Part shown: piece by piece, positions 19,640 through 29,645 of the stretch
Layout: the number at the start of each line of letters is the position of its first letter
How positions within the stretch are numbered: the stretch's first letter is position 1
NCBI GenBank assembly: GCA_023898465.1
Contig: CP060223.1
Location: forward strand, 672,001-736,000
Reading direction: 5' to 3'
Origin: Candidatus Nomurabacteria bacterium
Lineage (GTDB): Bacteria > Patescibacteriota > Patescibacteriia > HK-STAS-PATE-3
DNA length: 64,000 nucleotides
Translations under genes and position numbers: made by a program
The notes under the pieces: model-generated
The model's database searches: none
Told to the model about the DNA's origin: nothing
The model's input: the letters and a program-made list of their open reading frames with translations, nothing else

Positions 19640-21385
19640 TTAGTTAGCGGCAGCTACGGCGGACGGAATCTCCGTCACCAGCTGCTCCAGCTCCTTAATC
19701 TTCTCTGTCGGCACTTCTTTCATGCGGCCGATGCGCTCTTTGATTGGCAGGTTGACCATCTGCTTCAAGTTCACTCCCCGCTCCAGCGCCTCTTGGGCGG
19801 CGTGGTGGAAGGCCAGGATACCCTTTAACATGTAGTATTGCTTCTGCAGACTGGTGTAGGTATCAACGTCATCGAAGGCGTTTTGCATCAGGAAGTCTTC
19901 GCGTAATGCTCGAGCGGTTTCTAATACTAATTGCTCCTTAGCCGACAAAGCGTCCTGTCCGACCAAGCGAACGATTTCTTCTAGCTCAGACTCTTGCTGC
20001 AGTAAGCGCATAGCTTCACCGCGCAATTCGCCGAAATCACTGCCGGTTTCTTTGCTGAAGAAGCTTTGTAAATCATCTGAGTAGAGTGAGTAGCTGGTTA
20101 ACCAGTTAATTGATGGGAAGTGACGGCGATAGGCCAGCTTCGCTTCGAGTGACCAGAACACTTTTGTCACACGTAAGGTGTTTTGCGTTACTGGCTCAGA
20201 CAAGTCACCGCCAGGAGGAGAAACAGCTCCTACCACAGTGAGTGAACCTTGGCGACCTTCGCTACCGAGTGTTTCCACGATTCCAGCTCGCTCATAAAAG
20301 GCGGCGGTACGGGAACCAAGATAGGCTGGGTAACCTTCTTCACCTGGCATTTCTTCCAGACGACCAGAAATTTCACGCATAGCCTCGGCCCAGCGGGAAG
20401 TTGAGTCAGCCATCAAGGCAACGCTGTAACCCATGTCACGGAAATATTCCGCAATAGTGATACCGGTATACACCGATGCTTCACGAGCTGCCACCGGCAT
20501 ATTGGAGGTGTTGGCAATCAACACTGTGCGTTCCATCAAAGGCTTACCAGTCTTAGGATCTTTTAACTCAGGGAATTCCAGCAACACGTCAGTCATTTCA
20601 TTGCCGCGCTCACCGCAGCCGATGAAGATAACAATGTCCGCATCAGCCCACTTCGCCAGCTGGTGCTGAATCACGGTCTTACCAGCGCCGAAAGGACCAG
20701 GGATACACGCGGCACCGCCCTTCGCAACTGGGAAGAAGGTATCAATAATGCGCTGTCCGGTAATCAGAGGACGCATTGGAGGTAATTTTTGCTTGACCGG
20801 TCGTGGATCGCGAATTGGCCAGCGCTGCAACATGGTGATTTCTTCTTTATCAACCACTGCTACAACTTCGGTAATGTTGTGTTCACCTGTCGCAATTTTT
20901 TTCACAGTACCTTCTTGAATATGTGGAGGTACGAGAATTTTGTGGGTGATCAGGCTGGTTTCTTGCACCTCACCCAGGACATCACCAGCGTGCACGACAT
21001 CACCCTCTTTTACCTTTGGCTGAAAATCCCACTTCTTTTCTTCATCAAGTGGAGCTACATCCAAACCGCGACCGATGAAAGCGCCTGAGCGCTCTTCCAG
21101 CTTCACGAGCGGTCGCTGAATACCATCATAGAACGAGGTCAGCAAACCCGGACCCAGAGTCACGGCCAGAGGGAGCTCAGTGCGGTACACTGGCTCGCCT
21201 GGTCCTAAACCTCCGGTGTCTTCATACACCTGGATATAGGCTTGATCGCCGTCCAGACGGATGATTTCTCCGACCAATTTCTGTTCGGATACTTTCACCA
21301 CTTCATACATTTTCGCTCCTTGCATGCCTTTCGCAACCACGAGAGGGCCGGAGACTTTGGTGATAATTCCTGTGTGTTCTTTCAT
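19640..21385 (-). CDS. atpA: V/A-type ATP synthase subunit A (catalytic)
   Basis: 581 aa, [21 protein letters not shown]…, P-loop GPFGAGKTV. Confidence 0.93.
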   Translation of the reverse strand: MKEHTGIITKVSGPLVVAKGMQGAKMYEVVKVSEQKLVGEIIRLDGDQAYIQVYEDTGGLGPGEPVYRTELPLAVTLGPGLLTSFYDGIQRPLVKLEERSGAFIGRGLDVAPLDEEKKWDFQPKVKEGDVVHAGDVLGEVQETSLITHKILVPPHIQEGTVKKIATGEHNITEVVAVVDKEEITMLQRWPIRDPRPVKQKLPPMRPLITGQRIIDTFFPVAKGGAACIPGPFGAGKTVIQHQLAKWADADIVIFIGCGERGNEMTDVLLEFPELKDPKTGKPLMERTVLIANTSNMPVAAREASVYTGITIAEYFRDMGYSVALMADSTSRWAEAMREISGRLEEMPGEEGYPAYLGSRTAAFYERAGIVETLGSEGRQGSLTVVGAVSPPGGDLSEPVTQNTLRVTKVFWSLEAKLAYRRHFPSINWLTSYSLYSDDLQSFFSKETGSDFGELRGEAMRLLQQESELEEIVRLVGQDALSAKEQLVLETARALREDFLMQNAFDDVDTYTSLQKQYYMLKGILAFHHAAQEALERGVNLKQMVNLPIKERIGRMKEVPTEKIKELEQLVTEIPSAVAAAN

Positions 21386-21450
21386 ATAATTCTCAAGTAT
21401 TCAAGTTGCAAATATCAAGCTACAAATTACTACTTGTCATTTGATACTTG

Positions 21451-21777
21451 CTACTTGTCGTTTTTAAAAAGTATATCGCTACCTACTGCGCGCTCGACAA
21501 TACGACGCAGCTCTCGATCCCCCGCTCCAGTCGAACCAGTTGGCCCAGGGACCACGGTGACTGCTGGCAAAGCTCGAGTACGTAATTCATCTAACTCTGG
21601 ACGCAATTGATCAGCCCAATCCTCGGTGATGAGGAGGATGGCGCATTCTGAAGCAGCGATTTGCTGCAGCACCTCACGACCTTGCTCAGCTGTGGCTACT
21701 GGCCAAGCCCGCACGCCTAGCGCTTTGAAGCCGCCGATGGCATTTGGTGAACCAAGAATAGCGATTGGATGATCCAT
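21451..21777 (-). CDS. atpF: V/A-type ATP synthase subunit F
   Basis: Start at MDHPIAILGSPNAIGGFKALGV (ATG 21777, 1 nt after atpC stop, TAACATG); about 108 aa. Confidence 0.8.
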   Translation of the reverse strand: MDHPIAILGSPNAIGGFKALGVRAWPVATAEQGREVLQQIAASECAILLITEDWADQLRPELDELRTRALPAVTVVPGPTGSTGAGDRELRRIVERAVGSDILFKNDK

Positions 21778-21778
21778 G

Positions 21779-22774
21779 TTAGTAGAGCTCCCGGATGTAA
21801 GGTTTAATAGCGTCGCCTGGCAAACCATTTAACTTGCCTGACATGATTAAACGCACGTTACGAATAGCATTCTTCTTTGCGTAATAATATGCCAAAGGTA
21901 ATTCAGGACCGTAATCAATGAATTGAGCTTCCCGCACATGTGCCAGCTCAGCATTCTCCAGATCACGCTCTAATGTTTCCAGTGAATCAGTTTCGCGGAA
22001 TCGTTCCAGAGCCGGCTGCAGAGATGAGGGCACCAGCGTGGTTAAGCGCTGCAAGGCTTCTTCATTACTTAAGCCCAAGAGTGACTCGTAGTCATCCAAG
22101 GTGACGTTTCCATTCATTAACACTTCCGCGAGGAGGTAACGATCATCGAGCTGGAAGCGACGTCCTCGAATCCAGGTTTTCAGATTAGCCATGTCAATCT
22201 GTAGCACCACTAAATCCATAATCCACTGACTATCGATTTCCTGGGCGATCTGAACGCGTTCAGCAAAGTATTGTCGATCTAGCCAGCGATCAATATAGGC
22301 TGACTGCACTTCCACTGTAGCGGCTTTTTCCTCAACCAGATCAATCCCCCGCTGGATATAGTCAGGCAATTCATGCTGAGCTTCCTGCATCAGGTTTTCT
22401 TGCAAAGTAGCAAATGGGACGGTACTGAGCGGTGAGGCCCAGGCAGTCGCGTCCTGATGAAAGTACTTCTGCTTCATCAACAACTTCAAGTTGTGATAGT
22501 CATGGCGCATAAAGACAAGCGCCACGAGCTTCTCATCAGGACACATTTCAATAATGCGCTCTTTTGCTTGCAATAAATCTGCTTCGAGTGACTGATTAAA
22601 CTCAGCCGGTGCGATATCGCCTACGTTGTCGAAGTAATCGGTGTCATGAAACACGCGAAAAGCTGACTCCATATCTGGAGCATCAACCATGCGTTCCACA
22701 TCGGTCGGATTCAAAAGATTCGACTCAAGGTGTCGTACAACTCCGGCTGCGTAGAGATAATCGTCTCGGCTCAT
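21779..22774 (-). CDS. atpC: V/A-type ATP synthase subunit C (d-like)
   Basis: 331 aa alpha-helical protein in the conserved operon position between E and F. Confidence 0.8.
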   Translation of the reverse strand: MSRDDYLYAAGVVRHLESNLLNPTDVERMVDAPDMESAFRVFHDTDYFDNVGDIAPAEFNQSLEADLLQAKERIIEMCPDEKLVALVFMRHDYHNLKLLMKQKYFHQDATAWASPLSTVPFATLQENLMQEAQHELPDYIQRGIDLVEEKAATVEVQSAYIDRWLDRQYFAERVQIAQEIDSQWIMDLVVLQIDMANLKTWIRGRRFQLDDRYLLAEVLMNGNVTLDDYESLLGLSNEEALQRLTTLVPSSLQPALERFRETDSLETLERDLENAELAHVREAQFIDYGPELPLAYYYAKKNAIRNVRLIMSGKLNGLPGDAIKPYIRELY

Positions 22775-22777
22775 AGT

Positions 22778-23341
22778 TTAGACAAAAAGTTGGGCAGCTA
22801 CCGCCGCTTCAGTTTGCGTGCGGATGTTAGCTAAGAGTGTGGCAAAGCGACAATCGACTTCAATCGCTTCTGAGCGCCAGATAAATCCACCTTCGGCGTC
22901 AACTGACTCTTTGGCTATGGTCCAGTCGCGCTTGAGGCCATGGAGCGCCTTCTTGGTCTGCGCTTCTTTACCCTTGGCTGGGATTATCTCCCCTTTTTCA
23001 TTAGGTAGCTGGGTAAAGAGTTGCTGCAAGAATGCTTCGTAGTCGGCGTCACTTAATTGGCTAAGCTTTTGCAAAGCCTTTTCGTACACCGAAGCTAAAA
23101 CGCGACGCTTCTCAGTTAACACTGATTGACGCAAACGCGATTCAGCGGCGAATCGCTCCATATCACTTTCCTGACGCACAGCCCGATCGGCCTGAGTCAA
23201 CGCTTGGTCACGGGCTTTACTCATACGCCCTTCCCACTCGCTGAGCAGAGCATCGCGCTCTTTGGCATGAGCAGCCTGAATTTGCGCGAGCTCTTTGTCG
23301 GCTTCAGCCTGCACACTCTGGAGAAGTTGATTGAGTGCCAT
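22778..23341 (-). CDS. atpE: V/A-type ATP synthase subunit E (peripheral stalk)
   Basis: 187 aa, long N-terminal coiled coil and globular C-terminus; operon position. Confidence 0.8.
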   Translation of the reverse strand: MALNQLLQSVQAEADKELAQIQAAHAKERDALLSEWEGRMSKARDQALTQADRAVRQESDMERFAAESRLRQSVLTEKRRVLASVYEKALQKLSQLSDADYEAFLQQLFTQLPNEKGEIIPAKGKEAQTKKALHGLKRDWTIAKESVDAEGGFIWRSEAIEVDCRFATLLANIRTQTEAAVAAQLFV

Positions 23342-23347
23342 GGATGC

Positions 23348-23815
23348 TTAGACGGTGATGCCGTTTAAGAGCAAAATGGTAGCGAGCAATCCAAGTACGG
23401 CGTAGGTTTCTACTACCGCAGCGAAGATAATACCCTTACCGGATTCTGACGGTTTCTTTGCCACGATACCGACGCCAGCCGCAGCTACTCGACCCTGGTA
23501 CAAACCAGAGAGTAAGCCGGTGAAGGCAATTGGTAAACAAGCAAAGAAGATTTCCCAACCGGTGTTGACGGAAATCGTTGCTACTTCTCCGCCGAGTAAA
23601 CCGATTTTCTGCAGCGCCATGATAGCACCGAGGAATCCGTAAATACCCTGCGTACCAGGAAGCGCTTGGAGCAAAAGTACGCGTCCAAACTTTTCCGGGT
23701 CAACTGATACGAGGCCAGAGGCAGCTCGACCCACTGTGGCAGTACCGAGAATCGAACCGATTCCGGCGAGGCTGACCGCAGTGATGGCTCCAGCAATTGC
23801 GAATGCGAGTCCCAT
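23348..23815 (-). CDS. atpK: V/A-type ATP synthase subunit K (proteolipid, duplicated 4-TM form)
   Basis: 155 aa, Gly/Ala-rich hydrophobic hairpins, conserved acidic residue context (…VETYAVLGL…). Confidence 0.85.
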   Translation of the reverse strand: MGLAFAIAGAITAVSLAGIGSILGTATVGRAASGLVSVDPEKFGRVLLLQALPGTQGIYGFLGAIMALQKIGLLGGEVATISVNTGWEIFFACLPIAFTGLLSGLYQGRVAAAGVGIVAKKPSESGKGIIFAAVVETYAVLGLLATILLLNGITV

Positions 23816-23831
23816 ATGGTTCTCCTGTTAA

Positions 23832-25871
23832 TTATGCAGATGTCGACTTTGGACCAGAGGCGTCCTGATCGGCATCCATCTTGTTATGAATAAGATCTGA
23901 CTGAGTTAAGGTGTCCACATCAACGTACTTTGCCTGACGAGCAAAGGACTTAAAGCGACTACCGCCGCCTTCCATAAACTTCGGGAAAAATTCCACGTAT
24001 TGCAAACGGCCTGAGTGGATAAAAGAGCCGAGTGCGTTTATAGCAAGATTGAAAAGGTGTCCCCCAACCAAAATTCCGATAGCTACCACCCATCCGAAAA
24101 TCGGGATCATGTCTTTGAAAAGTAAGGCAACCATATTCACCACTACGGCAATGATGCCAGTGGAGAGTCCAAGTGCGAGCAAGCGAGAATATGACATGAC
24201 ATCAGAAAAATAACCGACAATGTTGTACAGACTGAGGATGCCCATTGGAATCTTCAGGAAAATATTTTTTTGGCGACGGCCCTGCGTCAAAACCAAAGTA
24301 GCAAGACCAGCGTACACCCAATACACACCAATTTGCCCTAAGATATCGCTCTGTATCGCCTGCCCGGCAACCAGCCAGAAAACTACACCGATTAAGAGGA
24401 AGAGCCAAGCGCCAGCATCAAAAGCTGCGTCCCAGGACTTCTGGCGAATTTGGTAATACAAATTAATACTCACACCAACAATTACCTGCACCACGCCAAT
24501 AGCGAGGGAGAAAACGAGTAGAGTGAGTGGATTGCTGACCGGATCGATAATCTTCAGGCTGAGTAAAAAGGATGTGATGGCATTCTTTGGTAGATCTTCC
24601 AAAACTAGTCCAAACCAACCACCAAAAGCTGCACCTACTACAAAGGTGGCAATACCAGCGTAGATAAGGAGTCGATAAAAGCCTTGCTTAGCTCGTGGCA
24701 ACTTAAAAAGTTTAATAGCGAGGAAAGAAAAACCAGCCAAAATAATGCCATAGCCGGCGTCTGACAAACACATGGCAAAATAGAAAATGAAAAACGGTGC
24801 CAGATAAGGTGTCGGGTCTAGTTCATTTGGCTTAGGTGCACCATAAATACTAGTAACTGATTCAAAAGGCTGCACTAAATTAGTATTTGTAAGCAGTACT
24901 GGAGGCTCTTCATCCTCTGCTAAAGCCAGCTCAAGGAGGGTAGCGCTCGTGCTCACCTTATGTAGAGCTTCTTCTAGCTCAACAAAACGAGAAGCTGGAA
25001 TGTATCCGCTCAACGCAAAGGTACGCTCTTGCGAAGCTGCGTTTAAAGAGGCGGCAACTTTATCACGTTGCCAAGTCAGGCCGTCAAAAATAATCTGTAG
25101 GTCGTGTACGTGCTGAGAAAGCTTTGTCGCTTCTGCTTGGGCAGTTTCCAATAAAGCAGCTAAGCGCAACATTTCCTTTTCTCGCTCAGTAATCGCCTCT
25201 TGGACAGTGCCCTGATGCTCAGGCAAGTTTACTTCTTGGAAATGATATTCCGTCAGCGCATTCTGCAACCAAGCCTCAGCTGAACGATGACTGACAATAT
25301 ATACCTTTACCTGCTTATCTGTACCAGGTAAGCGTTGTAGCTCAATTGCTTGATGCTCTTTGGTAATAGCTGCTTCAAGAAGCATGAGCTGCTCTTCAGT
25401 GAAAGTGCCGATGCGTACCTGTGCGCTCTCTAGTTTTTGATCTAAGCGCAGCGATAAATCTGACCAATGAGCGAGTAATAGCTGTTCTGCGCGCATCCGA
25501 TTGATATCAGACTGGTAGCTATTCATATCAGCTTCCAGTTTTTCTACCTGCTGGATGAAAGGCGCCAAATCAAATTCCTGCAATAACTTGGCCACTTCTT
25601 CATGTGAAACCGTAATTCCCTGGCTACCCATCGCAGCCAAACGCTCTCGAAAGCTCTGTTTTTGCTTCGGGGTATAGCGAGCAAGGAAATCCAAAGCAAA
25701 CTTTACACCAGCCAAGCGATACTCAATCTGGGATAATGCTTCATTTTGTTCCTCAGCTCCATCCATATGGATAAGCTGCATTTGGCCAAAATCATAGAGC
25801 AGTTCGAGCATTTTCTGCCGATCTGCCTGGAGACCGAGGACAAGGATTTTCTTTACCGGAGCTACTGCCAT
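23832..25871 (-). CDS. atpI: V/A-type ATP synthase subunit I (a-subunit)
   Basis: 679 aa, cytoplasmic N-terminal half plus C-terminal multi-TM domain with conserved Arg region (…SYSRLLALGL…). Confidence 0.88.
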   Translation of the reverse strand: MAVAPVKKILVLGLQADRQKMLELLYDFGQMQLIHMDGAEEQNEALSQIEYRLAGVKFALDFLARYTPKQKQSFRERLAAMGSQGITVSHEEVAKLLQEFDLAPFIQQVEKLEADMNSYQSDINRMRAEQLLLAHWSDLSLRLDQKLESAQVRIGTFTEEQLMLLEAAITKEHQAIELQRLPGTDKQVKVYIVSHRSAEAWLQNALTEYHFQEVNLPEHQGTVQEAITEREKEMLRLAALLETAQAEATKLSQHVHDLQIIFDGLTWQRDKVAASLNAASQERTFALSGYIPASRFVELEEALHKVSTSATLLELALAEDEEPPVLLTNTNLVQPFESVTSIYGAPKPNELDPTPYLAPFFIFYFAMCLSDAGYGIILAGFSFLAIKLFKLPRAKQGFYRLLIYAGIATFVVGAAFGGWFGLVLEDLPKNAITSFLLSLKIIDPVSNPLTLLVFSLAIGVVQVIVGVSINLYYQIRQKSWDAAFDAGAWLFLLIGVVFWLVAGQAIQSDILGQIGVYWVYAGLATLVLTQGRRQKNIFLKIPMGILSLYNIVGYFSDVMSYSRLLALGLSTGIIAVVVNMVALLFKDMIPIFGWVVAIGILVGGHLFNLAINALGSFIHSGRLQYVEFFPKFMEGGGSRFKSFARQAKYVDVDTLTQSDLIHNKMDADQDASGPKSTSA

Positions 25872-26201
25872 TTATGCGTTCTCCGTCCCCTCTTGTAATA
25901 GCTCTTTGATCACTGTATCGGCAGCACTTTCCATGCGCGCACCATCAATAGACTGCAAGGCGGCAATCCGATCAGCATAGGTTTTTTCTAAATCAGCAAT
26001 GACTTTCTTAGTCTCAGCTTGGATTTTGGCCTTTGTTTCCTCTACTTCTGGGGCTATTTCGGCCTGAATCTTACTCAAACGCTCTTCTTGCTGTTGTTGA
26101 ATCTGGCTTAATTCCTGCTGAGCTTTCGATTTTGCCTGGGCAATCTTGCTATCTAGCTCTTCTTCCAGGGCTTTGATCTGTTGAAGTGGATCCTGCGACA
26201 T
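25872..26201 (-). CDS. V/A-type ATP synthase small coiled-coil stalk subunit (G/H-type)
   Basis: 109-aa all-helical charged protein, first gene of operon, contiguous with atpI (stop/start adjacent). Confidence 0.65.
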   Translation of the reverse strand: MSQDPLQQIKALEEELDSKIAQAKSKAQQELSQIQQQQEERLSKIQAEIAPEVEETKAKIQAETKKVIADLEKTYADRIAALQSIDGARMESAADTVIKELLQEGTENA

Positions 26202-26502
26202 GGTTTTTTCCTAAATTTCGCCAAAAAATGAAAAAATCTCTATTTGAAACGCGTATAGGATACAGATTTCCTGAAAAACCGTCAACGGTGCCAAAAAAAT
26301 ACCCCTCTTGACTTTTCAACCAATTTCCCCATGCCCTGTAAATTGGAAATTTTACCCATGCTTTGCTCTTGCCGAAATAAAAAATCTGTGGCCCAATGTA
26401 AGAAGAAATACCAAACACTAAACGCTAAATCCTAAATATCCTGTATATTTATATATGTCATTATTTAGTATTTAGCTATTCAAATTTAGAACTTACTTCA
26501 CT

Positions 26503-27501
26503 ATGGAAATCCTTATCCTCGTTATCCTTGGCCTCCTCGTTATTACCGTTATTGCTGGAATTGCCCTTTTTACCCAGAGAATGCGGCAATTTGCCCAACC
26601 AAAAGATGAGCAATCCATGGCCATGCTGCATCAGTCTATCCAGGGCATGCAGAATCGTTTAGATGCACAAATCGGTGAAAGTACTCGGATTATCCAAAAT
26701 GTAACTGAGCGCCTGACACGTTTGGATGAAACAAATAAGCAGGTTATGGGCTTTGCGGACCAGCTCCAGCAACTGCAGGATATCCTAAAAAATCCGAAGC
26801 AACGCGGCGTCCTGGGTGAGTATTACCTCGAAACGGTATTGAAGAATGTGCTGCCACCTTCGGCTTTTAAACTGCAGTATGGATTTAAAAATGGTGAAAT
26901 TGTTGATGCTGCCGTGTTTGTGCAGGACAAAATCATTCCGATTGATGCGAAATTCTCGCTAGAAAATTACAATCGCATCGCGCAAGAGTCTGACCCGAAT
27001 CGAAAAGCTGACTTAGAAAAGCAATTTAAGCAGGATTTGAAGCTACGAATCGATGAAACCTCTAAGTATATTCGACCAAGCGAGAATACAATGGACTTTG
27101 CTTTCATGTTTATTCCGTCTGAGGGCATTTACTATGACTTGTTGGTCAATTCAGTTGGAACAGTAAAAGTATCGGCCCGCGATCTCATTGAATACGCTTT
27201 TAAAGAAAAGCACGTTATCATCGTCTCCCCCACCTCCTTCTTTGCCTACCTACAAACAGTGCTGCAGGGTTTGCGCGCGTTGCAGATTGAGGAATCAGCA
27301 AAAGAGATTCGCAAAAATGTTGAAAAGCTCGGTCGTCATCTCATGAACTACGAGGAATACTTACGAAAACTAGGCGGACATCTCAACACCACAGTGAATG
27401 CGTATAAATCTGCGTATAGCGAATTCCAAAAGGTAGATAAGGATGTCATGAAGATTGCGCCGGAAGTAGAGGCGGAGAAGTTGGAACAGACAGAAGAGTA
27501 A
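26503..27501 (+). CDS. rmuC: DNA recombination protein RmuC
   Basis: N-terminal TM helix, coiled coil, and RmuC core (…RGVLGEYYLETVL… IPIDAKFSLENY…). Confidence 0.85.
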   Translation: MEILILVILGLLVITVIAGIALFTQRMRQFAQPKDEQSMAMLHQSIQGMQNRLDAQIGESTRIIQNVTERLTRLDETNKQVMGFADQLQQLQDILKNPKQRGVLGEYYLETVLKNVLPPSAFKLQYGFKNGEIVDAAVFVQDKIIPIDAKFSLENYNRIAQESDPNRKADLEKQFKQDLKLRIDETSKYIRPSENTMDFAFMFIPSEGIYYDLLVNSVGTVKVSARDLIEYAFKEKHVIIVSPTSFFAYLQTVLQGLRALQIEESAKEIRKNVEKLGRHLMNYEEYLRKLGGHLNTTVNAYKSAYSEFQKVDKDVMKIAPEVEAEKLEQTEE

Positions 27502-27514
27502 AATATACACAAAA

Positions 27515-27560
27515 CCCCCATAGTGCACCTTGGGGGACCTTTGTGTTTGTGTTGTTTTTT
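27515..27560 (+). terminator. Rho-independent terminator after rmuC
   Basis: CCCCCA-tagtgcacct-TGGGGG followed by a T-rich run TTTGTGTTTGTGTTGTTTTTT. Confidence 0.6.
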
Positions 27561-27841
27561 GCGCGCGCTGACTTGTTAACGATCACTCCGGAGTGCGGAG
27601 TCTAACTCATGCAGCATATCGCGGAGACTCGAGAGTACGCCACCAGGATCATGACTTTGGTGCGCCGATTTTGACTGGCGCCGTTTTCCTGGATGAGAAC
27701 CTTCTGCCTCGTGCAATGTAGTGGAATCAGTCGAGAGAGAAATCGGTCGACTTTCCTCCTTTCCTTGCCTTTAAAGAACGAAATGTTCCGACACATGTAT
27801 CGGAACCATCACTAGTATAGCGTATTTTGACCTTCTCGTAA

Positions 27842-27876
27842 AGACAAAATGTATGAACTTGTCATACATTTTGTCT
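27842..27876. repeat. Perfect 15-bp inverted repeat (palindrome) with 5-nt spacer
   Basis: AGACAAAATGTATGA-acttg-TCATACATTTTGTCT, 25 nt downstream of the 27901..29598 gene end; no U-tract on either strand. Confidence 0.6.
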
Positions 27877-27900
27877 AACTTAAATTATGCTTAAACGCTA

Positions 27901-29598
27901 CTAATGAAGCACGCCGCCCCATTCAACAACAGTAAATCCTTTCCTCTCTGGTGTGCGAATATGATATGACGAAACATTGATAGGCTCGTCTAACTCTTGG
28001 TAATCCATGAGAACACGAATTACCGTGTCGGGCTTCGGGGTAATATCAAGTGGAGCAAGTTGATTCATAACCGGATTACCCATAAAGGTTATAAAATAAT
28101 ACGGTGCAGATTGCATTTTTGGTTCCCAGAATTCTTGAAAATCTGCGGTCTCCTGCGAATTGAGCCCCAGCTTCGCTAGTGTGGTATTGAGAAAATCGTG
28201 CACACGATCCTTCTTAATTACCCAGCCTTGCTTTGGTGTCTCATATATACTTGTGCTACGACCTTCCCAGAACAAATATGGATATTGCTTACCTGATGCC
28301 AGCTCGGTCAAGTCTCCATTGGGCTGAGCAAATACCTTCCAACCATTGCCGTACTCAGGTACTGTCTTACTGAAACCTCCGCTTGGTGCAACCTTAACCT
28401 CTACCTCAGTACTCTGCTCAGGGTAAAGATAAATAACTGGCTTGCCACACTCTGCCAAGGGTTTATACAAATCATTTTGTCCTTTTAAGAGACGGTCAAA
28501 GGGATCCTTATAGAAAATGATCGGGCGCTGGGTAATAAACTCCGCATATGAGGTAACATATGATCCATCGGAATGATACCCTGCATACGTTTCATACAGG
28601 TCTTTCAGCATCTTACTCTCAGAGTCCTTAAAACCGTAAATGATATCACCCTTGCTACTAGTACCAATTTGTTCCAACTCACTCATACTGACATCATCAC
28701 TACTTACCACTTCGGCATAGTTTGTCGCACCGCAGCCTCCGTATCCAACGAAGGTATATTGTTGATAGTTTTTTTTGCCATCCGTCCAAGTTATGCTCGG
28801 CGTATTTTCACTACCAGCAAAATCTACTAAGAGTCGATAGGCACGCACTGTCCCGTCAGCTGCTTTCATATAAAACCCATTTCGTCCGTAAAATTTCAAG
28901 TCATTCGACTCAGCACTTGTATACACCGTGCCATACTTTGGGTCTTGATAAGCTGTTACTAAACCATCTTCAGAGAAAAAAGCATTCACATACGTATCAC
29001 GCTCAAATAGATATCGCGCATTCGCACTGCTAGTGAAAATGCTTGGATAATCAAGTGTCGGAACAATCGTCTCGGAATCTGTGCTGAACTTTGTATCATC
29101 AAGTTGCCAAGTACCATCATCAGAATAAAGCGACAAAAATACCAGCGAGTCATCACTTTGCTGCACAAAGCGAAAATAAAGAGGATAACGATATGGACCC
29201 TCGGGTCGAACAGAAAGGAGAAGCATATGACTTCCGGCATATTTTGTACCCTGCAACGCTGCTGTGCCGGTGTCATAGGACTCTACGTAGTTATTCACGA
29301 GACCTGAAACAAAAACAAGCGGCGTGTCTATCTCTTGCACAGTAGTTGGCACAACGGTTGGAGTATTTACAGGCAATTCATCAACAACCGTTTCATTTGT
29401 ATTACTCACACTCTCATTTACTGCGAGATTCGCATTCTCTAAAGTAGTAAAGTTCGTATTTGCTACAACGTTATTTGTATTGAGATTGGATTCTGGAGCT
29501 TCTTCTTGCGACTGGAAAAGCCAAAAGCCTAAGGCAACCCCAACGCATAAGGCGGCACAACCAATGAGTAGAGTGAGCCACAAACGAGTATTTTGCAT
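27901..29598 (-). CDS. Hypothetical membrane-anchored extracytoplasmic protein
   Basis: 565 aa, N-terminal TM anchor, Asn/Thr-rich linker, large Tyr-rich domain; somewhat AT-rich gene; no family recognised. Confidence 0.6.
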   Translation of the reverse strand: MQNTRLWLTLLIGCAALCVGVALGFWLFQSQEEAPESNLNTNNVVANTNFTTLENANLAVNESVSNTNETVVDELPVNTPTVVPTTVQEIDTPLVFVSGLVNNYVESYDTGTAALQGTKYAGSHMLLLSVRPEGPYRYPLYFRFVQQSDDSLVFLSLYSDDGTWQLDDTKFSTDSETIVPTLDYPSIFTSSANARYLFERDTYVNAFFSEDGLVTAYQDPKYGTVYTSAESNDLKFYGRNGFYMKAADGTVRAYRLLVDFAGSENTPSITWTDGKKNYQQYTFVGYGGCGATNYAEVVSSDDVSMSELEQIGTSSKGDIIYGFKDSESKMLKDLYETYAGYHSDGSYVTSYAEFITQRPIIFYKDPFDRLLKGQNDLYKPLAECGKPVIYLYPEQSTEVEVKVAPSGGFSKTVPEYGNGWKVFAQPNGDLTELASGKQYPYLFWEGRSTSIYETPKQGWVIKKDRVHDFLNTTLAKLGLNSQETADFQEFWEPKMQSAPYYFITFMGNPVMNQLAPLDITPKPDTVIRVLMDYQELDEPINVSSYHIRTPERKGFTVVEWGGVLH

Positions 29599-29645
29599 AT
29601 TCGTATAATAAGAAATTAACTATCTAAATAAAGTATATCATTCTC

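Noticed and set aside
26149-26418. 89-aa minus ORF overlapping the start of the V-ATPase G-type subunit gene and its promoter region
   Set aside because: Overlaps the 5' end of a well-supported gene and an AT-rich promoter tract; no SD; likely spurious.
27602-27796. 64-aa minus ORF in the gap after rmuC
   Set aside because: No SD, Cys/Arg-rich improbable composition, and it sits in a hairpin-rich non-coding gap.
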